Shown one piece after another: positions 1 through 9,148 of a stretch of 64,000 nucleotides of DNA (position 1 is the first letter of the stretch; the number at the start of each line of letters is the position of its first letter). Where the stretch lies: the NCBI GenBank assembly GCA_965223325.1, contig CBDCWI010000001.1, forward strand, positions 96,001 to 160,000, read 5' to 3'. Below the pieces are notes generated by a model. It was given only the letters and a program-made list of their open reading frames with translations, was not told the origin of the DNA and did not search any database. This stretch comes from Candidatus Multivoradales bacterium. Its GTDB lineage: Bacteria > Acidobacteriota > Thermoanaerobaculia > Multivoradales > Multivoraceae. Made by a program: the position numbers and the translations under genes.

Positions 1-297
1 GAGATCAACGGCGCCGGCACCGAGATCGAGGGCAGTATGGACGGTGAAACCCGGGAGGGCCAACCCTTTGTCGCCGAGATCGAAGGAATCCTGAGAACCG
101 GCTACATCGACGCGACCTTCCAGGGCAGGGCGACCAGCAACGGACTACCGGTCCCCTTCGAGGGGCGCATGACCGGCGATCTCGAGGGGTCCGAGCCGGG
201 TGATGGAAGAGGCGGCGGCGAGTGGGAGGCAACCCTTTCCTTTCCCGAAGTCAGACTGCGCGGCACCTTCGACGTCGAACAAGTCGCCGACGAGTAG
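1..297 (+). CDS. Hypothetical protein, C-terminal part (frame is open from the window edge)
   Basis: Frame of ORF 37..297 has no stop upstream; GC3-rich codons; beta-rich Gly-containing sequence; no family recognised. Confidence 0.6.
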   Translation, partial: EINGAGTEIEGSMDGETREGQPFVAEIEGILRTGYIDATFQGRATSNGLPVPFEGRMTGDLEGSEPGDGRGGGEWEATLSFPEVRLRGTFDVEQVADE

Positions 298-328
298 GTC
301 TCCTCGAGCTCGAACAGTCTCGAGAGGA

Positions 329-859
329 CTAGAGCTTCGCCGACGGCACACGCAGGTCGTGGCGAACGATCCCCAACACCACATTCACCGGGTGATCGCG
401 GCGTAGGAACGGAACCACCGGGCGCCGCCGCTGCGGCATTTCGCGTCGTACCGCCTTGAGTTGGCGATTGCGCGGGTCGAGAGTCAGACCGCGTGAAAGG
501 CTCTGGTAGGCCTTCCCCACCTCCCCGCGGCAGAGGTCCACGCGGGCCAGGTTGGCGTAGTTCTCGGGATCGAAGAAGTCGCGCGTCAGAGCAACCTGGC
601 ACAGACGCAGCCCTTCGTCGTAGCGCCCCTCAACCTCAGCGCGGGCAGCCCCGATGTAGGAGTAGTAGTGCGACGGCACGCCGGTTGGCTGGACGACTTC
701 GTACAGTGGTGCCGCGGCCACCAGGACCTCGAGACCCTGTTGCCATTGCCCTAGACGGCAAAGTCGGATGCCCTCCTCGACCAGGAACGGGTCGACGGGG
801 CTTGCCGTGTCGGTCGATCCAATCATGTCGTAGATTCCAGAGTGAGTTTGGTGGACCAC
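329..859 (-). CDS. Small TPR-like protein
   Basis: TPR-like helices (YANLARVDLCRGEVGKAYQSLSRGLTLDPRN); start uncertain. Confidence 0.7.
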   Translation of the reverse strand: MVHQTHSGIYDMIGSTDTASPVDPFLVEEGIRLCRLGQWQQGLEVLVAAAPLYEVVQPTGVPSHYYSYIGAARAEVEGRYDEGLRLCQVALTRDFFDPENYANLARVDLCRGEVGKAYQSLSRGLTLDPRNRQLKAVRREMPQRRRPVVPFLRRDHPVNVVLGIVRHDLRVPSAKL

Positions 860-899
860 CGGCGGCCCGCGGCAAGATCAGCGTCGGCCCGAGCCGGCA

Positions 900-935
900 A
901 CTAACTATTATATCGAAATAATTAACTATTTCTAC
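900..935. promoter_or_regulatory. AT-rich divergent promoter region with TAACTATT direct repeats (902-909, 923-930)
   Basis: AT-rich island between divergent genes; exact 8-mer repeated at 21-bp period. Confidence 0.4.
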
Positions 936-979
936 TCCTTGAGCCGTCCGGCTCCCGATGCAGGAGGCACAGGCCTGAA

Positions 980-2827
980 ATGAAAGACCTCACCAGCACT
1001 ACGGTCGAGCGCTATCAGATCGTCGAACAACTCGGCGGTGGCGGAATGGCCAACGTCTACAAGGCTTTCCATCCGGACCTCGAGGTCCACCATGCCCTCA
1101 AGGTGATCCGCCCCGAGCTCGTCGAAGTCACCGGCTTCAAGGAGCGGTTCCAGCGCGAGGCGCGGGCGATCGCCGGCCTGCGGCACCCGAACATTGTCGG
1201 AATCCACCACTCCGGCCAGCACAACGACCTCTTCTTCATGGCGATGGAGTTTGTCGAGGGCGAAGACCTCAAGGCGTTGATCGAGCGTGAAGGGCCGGTG
1301 CGGCCCTTCACGCGGGCGGTCGATCTCATCGACCAGATCGGCGACGCCCTCGACTACGCCCATCAGAAGGGGGTCGTGCACCGTGACATCAAGCCCGCCA
1401 ACATCCTCCTGACCCACGACGGGCAGCCCATCGTCACCGACTTCGGCATCGCGCGCATGGTGGAAAGCGACGAGAAACTCACCCAGACCGGCGTCGGCAT
1501 TGGCACCCCTGCGTACATGGCACCCGAGCAGGCGATGGGCGAGGTCACACCGGGACCGTCCGTCGACCTCTACTCCCTGGGCGTCCTCCTCTACGTCATG
1601 TTGACTGGTGAAGCACCGTTCAAAGCGGATACGCCCCTGGCGGTCCTTTACCGCGTCATCAACGATCCGATCCCGGCACCCCAGTCGTTCTCGCCAGACA
1701 TTCCACAGGCTCTGCAAGACGTCGTCATGAAGGCAATGTCGAAGGACCCCGCTCTGCGCTACCCCACCGGCAAGGCGTTCGCCGAGGCCGCCCGCCGCAG
1801 CCTCGGCGCCGACTCCACGGCGACAGCCGAAACCACGGTCGCCGCGCCTGCGACCGTCCAGGTCGCCGGTGGCCGAGCGGCGAGCACAACGACTGCCGCG
1901 GCGGCGCCCCTGCCGCCGGTACCCCCGCCATCGACGGCTCCTGGAACCAACCCGCCGTTTCCCGACCGCGGTGCCACGAGTCCATCGGCCGAGGCCAGGG
2001 GTTCGAAAGCACCATGGATCGTGCTCGGCCTGATGGCGCTCCTCGTCCTCGGCGGCCTGGCGACCGCAGTCGGCCTGGCCGCATGGTGGCTGCGCAGCAA
2101 CGATCGGGCGCCCTCGGCAGCGGAAACCGAGTCGATCGCCGCCACCGAGACCCCAGGCCGGCCCGCCTCGGAACCTCCCGCTCGTTCGGCAGACGTCTCG
2201 ACCGATACGGCGGAGCTGTCTGCCGGAGTATCTGCCGAAGTACCTGGCACCGGGTCAGACCCCCGGGCGGGCGGGCCTTCTACCGCCTCCGCAGATCCCC
2301 GCGGAGTGCCCTCGGGAGAATCTTCCGCAGTCCCTGGCACCCCGGCGACTGGAGAATCTTCCGCAGTCCCTGGCACCCCGGCGACTGGCAACGAGGCGAC
2401 CGGAACAGCGGCGCGGCCACTGGCTGCACCCGCCGAGGCCATGGCCGGAGCGCAGCCTCCTCCCGCAGCGACCGGTTCCGCAGTACCTGGCACCGTGGTT
2501 GAGGGTGCGCCGGGGGAGTTGAACGAGCGGCTGATCGACGGTGGCTCGCTGGGATGGGGTCAATCGGTGTCGGACCGACTCGAACCCGACGAGGAGATCG
2601 CCTATGACCTGGACGTCCGCCGTCGAACGGTCGGCTATTTCGATATAGAAACAGCCAATCGACGCGCGCGCTACACACTGTACTCCCCGAGTGGCGAGCA
2701 GGTCTTCGACCAGTTGGGGGCTGATTTCGGACCGATGACGCTCGAGCCCGGCGTCTACCGTCTCGTCGTCTCGCCACAGGACAACCTGCCGCTGACCTTC
2801 CAGTTCCAGTTCCGCCCGATTGGTTGA
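980..2827 (+). CDS. Membrane-anchored Hanks-type Ser/Thr protein kinase
   Basis: LGGGGMANVY, HRDIKPANIL, DFGIA, GTPAYMAPE motifs; TM helix (WIVLGLMALLVLGGLATAVGLAAWWL); low-complexity linker; small C-terminal beta domain; AGGAGG SD. Confidence 0.95.
   Translation: MKDLTSTTVERYQIVEQLGGGGMANVYKAFHPDLEVHHALKVIRPELVEVTGFKERFQREARAIAGLRHPNIVGIHHSGQHNDLFFMAMEFVEGEDLKALIEREGPVRPFTRAVDLIDQIGDALDYAHQKGVVHRDIKPANILLTHDGQPIVTDFGIARMVESDEKLTQTGVGIGTPAYMAPEQAMGEVTPGPSVDLYSLGVLLYVMLTGEAPFKADTPLAVLYRVINDPIPAPQSFSPDIPQALQDVVMKAMSKDPALRYPTGKAFAEAARRSLGADSTATAETTVAAPATVQVAGGRAASTTTAAAAPLPPVPPPSTAPGTNPPFPDRGATSPSAEARGSKAPWIVLGLMALLVLGGLATAVGLAAWWLRSNDRAPSAAETESIAATETPGRPASEPPARSADVSTDTAELSAGVSAEVPGTGSDPRAGGPSTASADPRGVPSGESSAVPGTPATGESSAVPGTPATGNEATGTAARPLAAPAEAMAGAQPPPAATGSAVPGTVVEGAPGELNERLIDGGSLGWGQSVSDRLEPDEEIAYDLDVRRRTVGYFDIETANRRARYTLYSPSGEQVFDQLGADFGPMTLEPGVYRLVVSPQDNLPLTFQFQFRPIG
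2315..2388 (+). repeat. 36-bp tandem duplication in kinase linker (GESSAVPGTPAT x2)
   Basis: ggagaatcttccgcagtccctggcaccccggcgact at 2315-2350 and 2351-2386. Confidence 0.95.
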
Positions 2828-2853
2828 TCACTCGCAGGGGCCGGGAAACCCTC

Positions 2854-4254
2854 TCACTCTTCGCGCTCGATTCCGTACTGGTCGAGCTTCTTGTAGAGGT
2901 TGCTGCGCGGAGTCTCGATGTTCTGCGCGGTCTGGGTGATGTTCCAACCGTTCTGTTCGAGCTTGTGTAGAAGAAAGAGTCTCTCCGACGACTCCCGAAA
3001 CCCCTTTAGGGTAGGAATCGCCAGCAGCGCTTCGGGCAGGGCACTCGAGCCGTCGTTGGCCAGGCTGAGCAGGAGTTCACGGTCGATGGTCTCCTCAGGA
3101 GCCAGAATGAGCAGTCGCTCGACCAGGTTCTTGAGCTCGCGAACATTGCCCCGCCAGGGCATCTGCTGAAGGTGCTCCATCGCGCCGCGGGTGAAGCGGC
3201 GCGCCGGGTAGTTCGCGTCGCGCGTGAAGCGTTGGACGAAGTAGTCGACCAGGAGCGGAATGTCTTCGAGGCGCTCCCGGAGGGGCGGAGTCGCAACCGG
3301 GATCACGTTCAGGCGATAGAACAGATCTTCGCGAAACCTTCCCTCCTCGATCTCCTGGGCCAGGTCGCGATGGGTAGCAGCAACCACCCGCACATCGACC
3401 CGGGTCGGCAGCTGGGCGCCGACCGGCTCGACCTGCCCGTCCTGTAGGACCCGCAGAACCTTGGCCTGCGTACGCGCCGACATGTCCCCGATCTCATCGA
3501 GGAAGATGGTCCCGCCGTCTGCCGCCACGAACTTGCCAATCTGGCGACGCACCGCTCCCGTGAAGCTACCCTTCTCGTGACCGAAGAGCTCGGACTCGAT
3601 CAGTTCGTCGGGAATCGCCGCACAGTTGACCTGCACCAGTGCGCGCTCGTGACGTGGGCTGTTGGCGTGAATGGCGCGCGCCACCAGCTCTTTGCCGGTT
3701 CCGCTTTCGCCAGTGATCAAAACGGTGGCCGGGGTCGGTGCGGCCTTCTCGACCGTCTCGCGCAGGCGCTTCATGACTGGGGTCTCGCCGACCAACTGCC
3801 AGGCATCCTCGCCGCGGAGAATCCTGTTCTCCGACTCGAGACGAAAACCGCGTGCCGCGTTGCGCAGCGCCAGGAGCACCCGGTCGCTCTGCAGCGGCTT
3901 CTCGAGAAAGTCGAACGCTCCCAGTCGCGTTGCTTCGAGGGCAGTGGGGATGTCGGCGTGGCCACTGATGACGATCACTGGCACCTCGTGCCCTCGGTCG
4001 CGCAACGCCTGCAGGGTCGCAATGCCGTCCATCTCGGGCATCTTGACGTCGAGCAAGACCACCTCGGGTGAGCGTTCGGCAACGCGGACCAGGGCCTCAG
4101 GGCCGCTCGCGGCTTCCTCGACCGTATGCCCTTCGTACTCCAGCACCATGCGCAGGCTGTCGCGGATCGACTTTTCGTCGTCGACCACCAAGACCCGAAC
4201 CGGCGGCGACGACTCCGCGGCAATCGGCTGCTCTATAGTCGGAGAATCGGACAT
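2854..4254 (-). CDS. Sigma-54-dependent response regulator (NtrC/NtrX-like: REC, AAA+, Fis HTH)
   Basis: VLVVDDE and LLDVKMP receiver; GESGTGKE; GSFTGA loop; FLDEIG; WRGNVRELKN; C-terminal HTH. Confidence 0.95.
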   Translation of the reverse strand: MSDSPTIEQPIAAESSPPVRVLVVDDEKSIRDSLRMVLEYEGHTVEEAASGPEALVRVAERSPEVVLLDVKMPEMDGIATLQALRDRGHEVPVIVISGHADIPTALEATRLGAFDFLEKPLQSDRVLLALRNAARGFRLESENRILRGEDAWQLVGETPVMKRLRETVEKAAPTPATVLITGESGTGKELVARAIHANSPRHERALVQVNCAAIPDELIESELFGHEKGSFTGAVRRQIGKFVAADGGTIFLDEIGDMSARTQAKVLRVLQDGQVEPVGAQLPTRVDVRVVAATHRDLAQEIEEGRFREDLFYRLNVIPVATPPLRERLEDIPLLVDYFVQRFTRDANYPARRFTRGAMEHLQQMPWRGNVRELKNLVERLLILAPEETIDRELLLSLANDGSSALPEALLAIPTLKGFRESSERLFLLHKLEQNGWNITQTAQNIETPRSNLYKKLDQYGIEREE

Positions 4255-4311
4255 CGCGGCGAGTGTACAGAAGGAGGCTCCTCTGTTCGCCTCCTTCAGG
4301 CTGCTTTGACC

Positions 4312-5943
4312 CTAAGGCGCTTTTACGACCGAGAAGAAGTGGCGCGCCTGGCCTCCCTGACCGTAGTTCGATACGTAAAGACGCACAAAGCCACCCGACT
4401 CGACCTCGGCAACCGCTGCCTCGAAGTCGTCGGCATCGTCGATCGGCGTGCCGTTGACTTCCGAGATCACCATGCCCGGTTGCACTCGCTCTTCCCACAG
4501 CGGGCTACGGGCGGTCACATCGGTCACCACCACTCCCCGCGCGTCGCGCGGCAGACGGAACATCTGGCGGGTGTCGCCGCCGACGGTCTCATAGTCGACG
4601 CCAAGCCACTCCAACGAGCTGTCTTCCTCTTCCTCGTCCTCGGGAAGCTGGGCGATCTGGTTGGGATCTGGACGCTCTTCCAACTTGACCTTGCGCTCGA
4701 TCTGCTCGCCGTTGCGGAAGAGATCGAGCGTCACCGTCGTCCCGACCGGCTTTCGGGACACGTACTGAATCAAGTCACGCGTTTCATCGACCTCTCGACC
4801 GTCCACGGCAACGATGATGTCTCCATGTTCGAGGCCGGCCTTGGCGGCCGGCGTGTCGGGCGACACGTTGGTCACGATGGCACCACTCGTGCCGCTGTCC
4901 AGGCCAAACGCCTCGGCGTCATCCTCATCGAGGTTCTCGATGAAGACACCCAGGTAGCCCCGCCGCACTCGACCGTCTTCCTTGAGCTGCGGAAGGATGT
5001 CCTTGAGGGTATCGACCGGAACGGCAAAGCCGATGTTTTCGGCTCCGAAGTTCATGGCCGTAGCGATGCCAATGACCTCACCGCGAACGTTCACCAAAGG
5101 CCCGCCGGAGTTCCCTCGGTTGATCGCCGCATCGGTTTGGATGAAGTTCTCGAAGGAGGCATCGGTGATGCCGATCGTGCGACCCTTGCCGCTGACGATG
5201 CCAACGGTGACCGACGAAATCTGCCGGAGCGGATTGCCCGCCGCCATCACCCACTCGCCAACCCGCAACTCTTCGCTGTTTCCGAGGCGCAGAAAGGGCA
5301 GCTCTCGGTCGAGATCGACTTTCAAGACGGCGAGGTCGGTCGACGGATCGACACCTCGTACCTCGGCTTCGTACTCTTCTTCCTGCAGCGTCACCACCAC
5401 TTCCGAGGCGCCGTCGATGACGTGATTGTTGGTCACGATCCACCCGTCGGCCGACACCACGAAGCCGCTGCCTGCACCGTCTGAACGGTCTTCACGCGGA
5501 TCTTCCCCCGGTTCACGCCCTGGGCGCCTGAACGGCAGATCGAACGGCAAACCGCGACGCGGGCTCTCGGTCTCGAACGTCGTCGCCTGCACCAGCACGA
5601 CGGAAGGCAGAATCGCGTCTGCAAGATCAGCGAACGTTGTAATCGAGGCCTGCGCGTCGAGGGCACCACGCGCGCCATCAACCGCCGGAACCATCTCGTT
5701 CGACCCCTCGGTTTGCGGGCTACCAAGAGCCAGGGGCGACAGGTTCAACCCCCCGGCCAGGACCATGCCAAACACCGTCGCACCGAAGGCGACGGCCAGA
5801 ACCAGGGGCATCACCGCGAGCGAACTCCTCGATGCCTCGAGGTTCTTCGCCGGCTCCGACGGCTCGTCGAACTGCGAAGGATCCTGTGAGGGACCGTGCA
5901 GTGGAGCGTTCAGGGGTTCGTGGTTCGAAGAGCGATGTTCCAT
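4312..5943 (-). CDS. Do/DegP-DegQ (HtrA) family serine endoprotease with two PDZ domains
   Basis: GSGFVV, TNNHVI, DLAVLK, IQTDAAINRGNSGGPL; N-terminal TM; two PDZ domains. Confidence 0.95.
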   Translation of the reverse strand: MEHRSSNHEPLNAPLHGPSQDPSQFDEPSEPAKNLEASRSSLAVMPLVLAVAFGATVFGMVLAGGLNLSPLALGSPQTEGSNEMVPAVDGARGALDAQASITTFADLADAILPSVVLVQATTFETESPRRGLPFDLPFRRPGREPGEDPREDRSDGAGSGFVVSADGWIVTNNHVIDGASEVVVTLQEEEYEAEVRGVDPSTDLAVLKVDLDRELPFLRLGNSEELRVGEWVMAAGNPLRQISSVTVGIVSGKGRTIGITDASFENFIQTDAAINRGNSGGPLVNVRGEVIGIATAMNFGAENIGFAVPVDTLKDILPQLKEDGRVRRGYLGVFIENLDEDDAEAFGLDSGTSGAIVTNVSPDTPAAKAGLEHGDIIVAVDGREVDETRDLIQYVSRKPVGTTVTLDLFRNGEQIERKVKLEERPDPNQIAQLPEDEEEEDSSLEWLGVDYETVGGDTRQMFRLPRDARGVVVTDVTARSPLWEERVQPGMVISEVNGTPIDDADDFEAAVAEVESGGFVRLYVSNYGQGGQARHFFSVVKAP

Positions 5944-5986
5944 GGCGATGGGTTCTCCGGCAGGGCTAGGAAGCCTCGGGCGCGCG

Positions 5987-6014
5987 AGTGGGCCCGATGG
6001 TGAGTTGTTTCAAG
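5987..6014 (-). promoter_or_regulatory. Possible sigma-32-like heat-shock promoter of the HtrA gene
   Basis: Minus strand CTTGAAA-N15-CCCACT, about 45 nt upstream of the ATG; imperfect match to CTTGAAA-N13-15-CCCCATNT. Confidence 0.3.
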
Positions 6015-6268
6015 GGTCGGTAGACGAGAGATCTGTCTGAGGAGGGTCCAACTGGCGCACCAGGTCGAGCCGTCGCTCTTGGACACCTACCAGCCAACGT
6101 ACCGGCACCGCTGTTTGTTCCGGCAAGATGCTCGCTGAAGACAGGTGCTCCTCGAGGTCACGACCCCGCCGCTCGACGGCGACGGCGGGGTTCCTGCCCG
6201 AGGACCTCCTCGGTTCCCGATGGTATCCGAGGAATGTGCTCCTCGACCGGCAAGCTCGGGTCGTCCGG

Positions 6269-6351
6269 CCAGACATCTGCCGCAGTCCCTGGCACCCCGT
6301 CAAGCAGCACCAGACGTCTGCCGCAGTCCCTGGCACCCCGTCAAGCAGCAC
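6269..6351 (+). repeat. 41-bp tandem duplication sharing its core with the kinase-linker repeat
   Basis: ccagac(a/g)tctgccgcagtccctggcaccccgtcaagcagca at 6269-6309 and 6310-6350. Confidence 0.95.
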
Positions 6352-6385
6352 TCCAGCGTGTTTCCGGCCATCGAAGGCCGACCCA

Positions 6386-6415
6386 TTGCGGCCTCGGGCC
6401 GAGCACCCTTATACT
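6386..6415 (+). promoter_or_regulatory. Putative sigma-70 promoter of the rimP-nusA-infB operon
   Basis: TTGCGG-N18-TATACT. Confidence 0.5.
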
Positions 6416-6873
6416 TTCTCTCTGAGTCTGCAATGTGTGTGGACGGCCTGCATCGCAGGTCTTGAGCCCTCTGCCTGGCGCGGCGGGTGCTGGGCCTGTA
6501 TCCGTGATCGCCGTCGTTTGAATCGTTCTCCGGTCCAAGCGGCAACTCGGGCGCCCTCGGCGCCGGAGGTCGGCAGGCACCTCCCCGTTCTGGCGGCAAC
6601 CGACGCCCCCGGCGTCAGCCACCGCTGAACACCGTCTCTCCTCCTCCGCTTCCATCTGCTTCGGACAGCATCCGAGCTCTGGACCCGAAGGATCGACAGG
6701 ACGGATGGGGACCGGTCGGAGGAGAGCCTTCGATCGGGAAGGTGATCTGTTTGTCCGCCGACCGCGCGCACACTGATTCGCAACCTCACCAGCAGACCAG
6801 ACGACGAGCAACAGCACAACAAGCATCACCAGCAAGAAGCGCCCTCGGGCCAGGCATCACACCACCGCCCCTC

Positions 6874-7353
6874 ATGACGACTACCCAACTCGCCAACCCG
6901 CCACTGCCGCAGGACACCCTCAGCGAAATCGCTGCTGCGGCTTCTGCCATCGGCTGTGAACTGATCCACGTCGAGCAGCGCGGCGATACCCTGCGCCTGG
7001 TCCTCGACCGGGAAGAGGGTGGGGTGACGGTCGACGACTGCCAGCAGGTCTCTCGCGATGCCTCAGCCATTCTCGACCTCGCCGACTTCGGCACCCGGCG
7101 CTACACCCTGGAGGTCAGCTCGCCCGGCCTCGATCGGCCGCTCTACAGAGCCCGCGACTGGGAACGCTTCGCGGGTCGGTTGATCAAGCTGAAGTACCGC
7201 GACGACGAAGGTCGCAAGTACACGGTCAGAGCGAACATCGAGTCGTTCGACCGCGCGGCAGCCCAAGCCGTGGTCTCGGTTCCTGAAAGCGGCGCCACCA
7301 TCGAACTCTCTCTATCCCAGGTGGAATCCGCCAGACTCGAGATCGAGCTCTAG
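6874..7353 (+). CDS. rimP: Ribosome maturation factor RimP
   Basis: VTVDDCQQVSR and YTLEVSSPGLDRPL motifs; upstream of nusA; start placed at ATG 6874. Confidence 0.93.
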   Translation: MTTTQLANPPLPQDTLSEIAAAASAIGCELIHVEQRGDTLRLVLDREEGGVTVDDCQQVSRDASAILDLADFGTRRYTLEVSSPGLDRPLYRARDWERFAGRLIKLKYRDDEGRKYTVRANIESFDRAAAQAVVSVPESGATIELSLSQVESARLEIEL

Positions 7354-7378
7354 ACCCCGAGGGCCACGCGGCCCCACT

Positions 7379-7416
7379 CCCCGACAAGGTTGCCCCGACA
7401 AGGTTGCCCCGACAAG
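7379..7416 (+). repeat. 14-bp tandem repeat (CCCCGACAAGGTTG x2.7)
   Basis: Seen directly in the rimP-nusA spacer. Confidence 0.85.
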
Positions 7417-7485
7417 CTTCTCTCAAGATCTTCCTGAATCTCCCCAGAACCACCTCAAGCCCCTCCATCAAAGGAAAAGACGGCC

Positions 7486-9072
7486 ATGGCGCAAGCAGAA
7501 GCACAGCCCAACATCTACGAAGTCCTCAAGCAAGTCGCACCTGAGAAAGAGATCGAGCTTGATCACTGGGTCGCGGCACTCGAGGACGCGGTCGCATCGG
7601 CAGCCAAGAAGCAGCACCGCATCAAAGAGCCGGTGCGCGCAACCCTTGACCCCGCGACTGGCCAGTTCGCCGCCTTCGTCGTGCGTCAGGTCGTCGAGGA
7701 GGTCGAGGACCCGGTCGCCGAATGGACCCTCGAGGAGGCGCGCGAACATCAAGCCGATGCCGAAATCGGCACCGAGATTCTGACTCCCCTATCGACCGAA
7801 GGCCTGGGACGTATCGCAGCCCAGTCGGCGAAGCAGGTGCTTTACCAGCGCATTCGCGAGGCCGAGCGCGAAAAGATCCACAACGAGTACTTCCCGCGTC
7901 TCGGTGAGGTCGTCAACGGAACCGTGCGACGTTTCGAGCGCGGCGACATCATTGTCGACCTCGGGCGCGCCGAGGCCGCCGTACCGCGCCGCGAGCAGTC
8001 ACGCCACGAACGCTACAGCCAGGGTGAGCGCATCCGAGCGGTCATCGTCGACGTGCACACCCAACCCAAGGGACCCCAGATCATCCTCTCGCGCACCGAC
8101 CCGCGCCTCCTGGTGCGGTTGTTCGAGATGGAGGTTCCCGAGATCTACGACGGCACGGTGATCATCAAGCAGGCCGTTCGCGCGCCCGGCGAGCGCGCCA
8201 AGGTCGCGGTCATAAGCCGCGAGCGCGACGTCGACCCAGTCGGCGCCTGCGTCGGCATGAAGGGCTCGCGTGTCCAGTCCATCATCCGCGAACTGCGCGG
8301 CGAGAAGATCGACATCATCGAGCATCACGACGACCTGGTGACCTTCGCCCAGAGCGCCCTCGCGCCAGCCAAGATCACTCGCGTCTCGGTCACCCACCAG
8401 GGCGAGCGCCCACACCTCGACGTGATCGTCGAAGACGAGCAGCTATCCCTGGCGATCGGCAAGCGCGGTCAGAACGTGCGCCTCGCGTCGCAGCTGATTG
8501 GTGCCGAGATCGATATCAAGAGTGAAACCGACGTCAAGGACGAGGTCGCCGACGCCCTCGCCAGGATGCTGCAGGTCGAGATGACACCCGAGGATGGAGG
8601 CACCGCCATCGACCTGACCTCGGCGCCCGGCATCGGTGAAGGCACCGCGCAGGCGCTCGAAGCGGCGGGCTTCGGAGACCTCGAGAAGATCAAGGCTGCC
8701 TCACGCGAGGAGCTCGAAGCCGTCGAGGGCATCGGCCCGAAGACCGCCGAGGGTCTCCTGGCCTGGGCAGGCGAGCAGCAGCCAGCGCCCGCGGAGGCGG
8801 GCGCCGGCGGGCTCCTTGGCGCTCTCGGAGACGCCATTGACGCCGCCGAACAGGAAGCGGCCGCCACCGCCGGAAGCGGCGGCGACGACTTCCTCGACGC
8901 CTTGACCAAGGCGTTTGCAGACGACGACGGCGAAGCGGCCAGCGCCGAAGCGGCGGCTGAGGAGGCCGAACCGGCGGGGGCCGACAAACTGGCCGCCGCC
9001 CTCGCGGAGCTCCAGAACGAGAGTGACGAGAGTGACGCCGCCGGCGATGCGGGCGGCGGCGAAGAAGAGTGA
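7486..9072 (+). CDS. nusA: Transcription elongation factor NusA with C-terminal HhH motifs and acidic tail
   Basis: GRIAAQSAKQV, S1 and KH domains (DPVGACVGMKGSRV, LAIGKRGQNVRLAS); PGIGEGTA and EGIGPKTA HhH motifs. Confidence 0.97.
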   Translation: MAQAEAQPNIYEVLKQVAPEKEIELDHWVAALEDAVASAAKKQHRIKEPVRATLDPATGQFAAFVVRQVVEEVEDPVAEWTLEEAREHQADAEIGTEILTPLSTEGLGRIAAQSAKQVLYQRIREAEREKIHNEYFPRLGEVVNGTVRRFERGDIIVDLGRAEAAVPRREQSRHERYSQGERIRAVIVDVHTQPKGPQIILSRTDPRLLVRLFEMEVPEIYDGTVIIKQAVRAPGERAKVAVISRERDVDPVGACVGMKGSRVQSIIRELRGEKIDIIEHHDDLVTFAQSALAPAKITRVSVTHQGERPHLDVIVEDEQLSLAIGKRGQNVRLASQLIGAEIDIKSETDVKDEVADALARMLQVEMTPEDGGTAIDLTSAPGIGEGTAQALEAAGFGDLEKIKAASREELEAVEGIGPKTAEGLLAWAGEQQPAPAEAGAGGLLGALGDAIDAAEQEAAATAGSGGDDFLDALTKAFADDDGEAASAEAAAEEAEPAGADKLAAALAELQNESDESDAAGDAGGGEEE

Positions 9073-9148
9073 TGAACCGCAACGCGAAAACCGAATTCCA
9101 GAGACGAACCAGCCAGAGACGTACTAGAGAGAGATCCGAGGAAACAGT

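Noticed and set aside
5944-6873. tRNA, SRP, tmRNA or RNase P RNA in the large spacer
   Set aside because: No T-loop GTTCRA cloverleaf or other hallmark motif found
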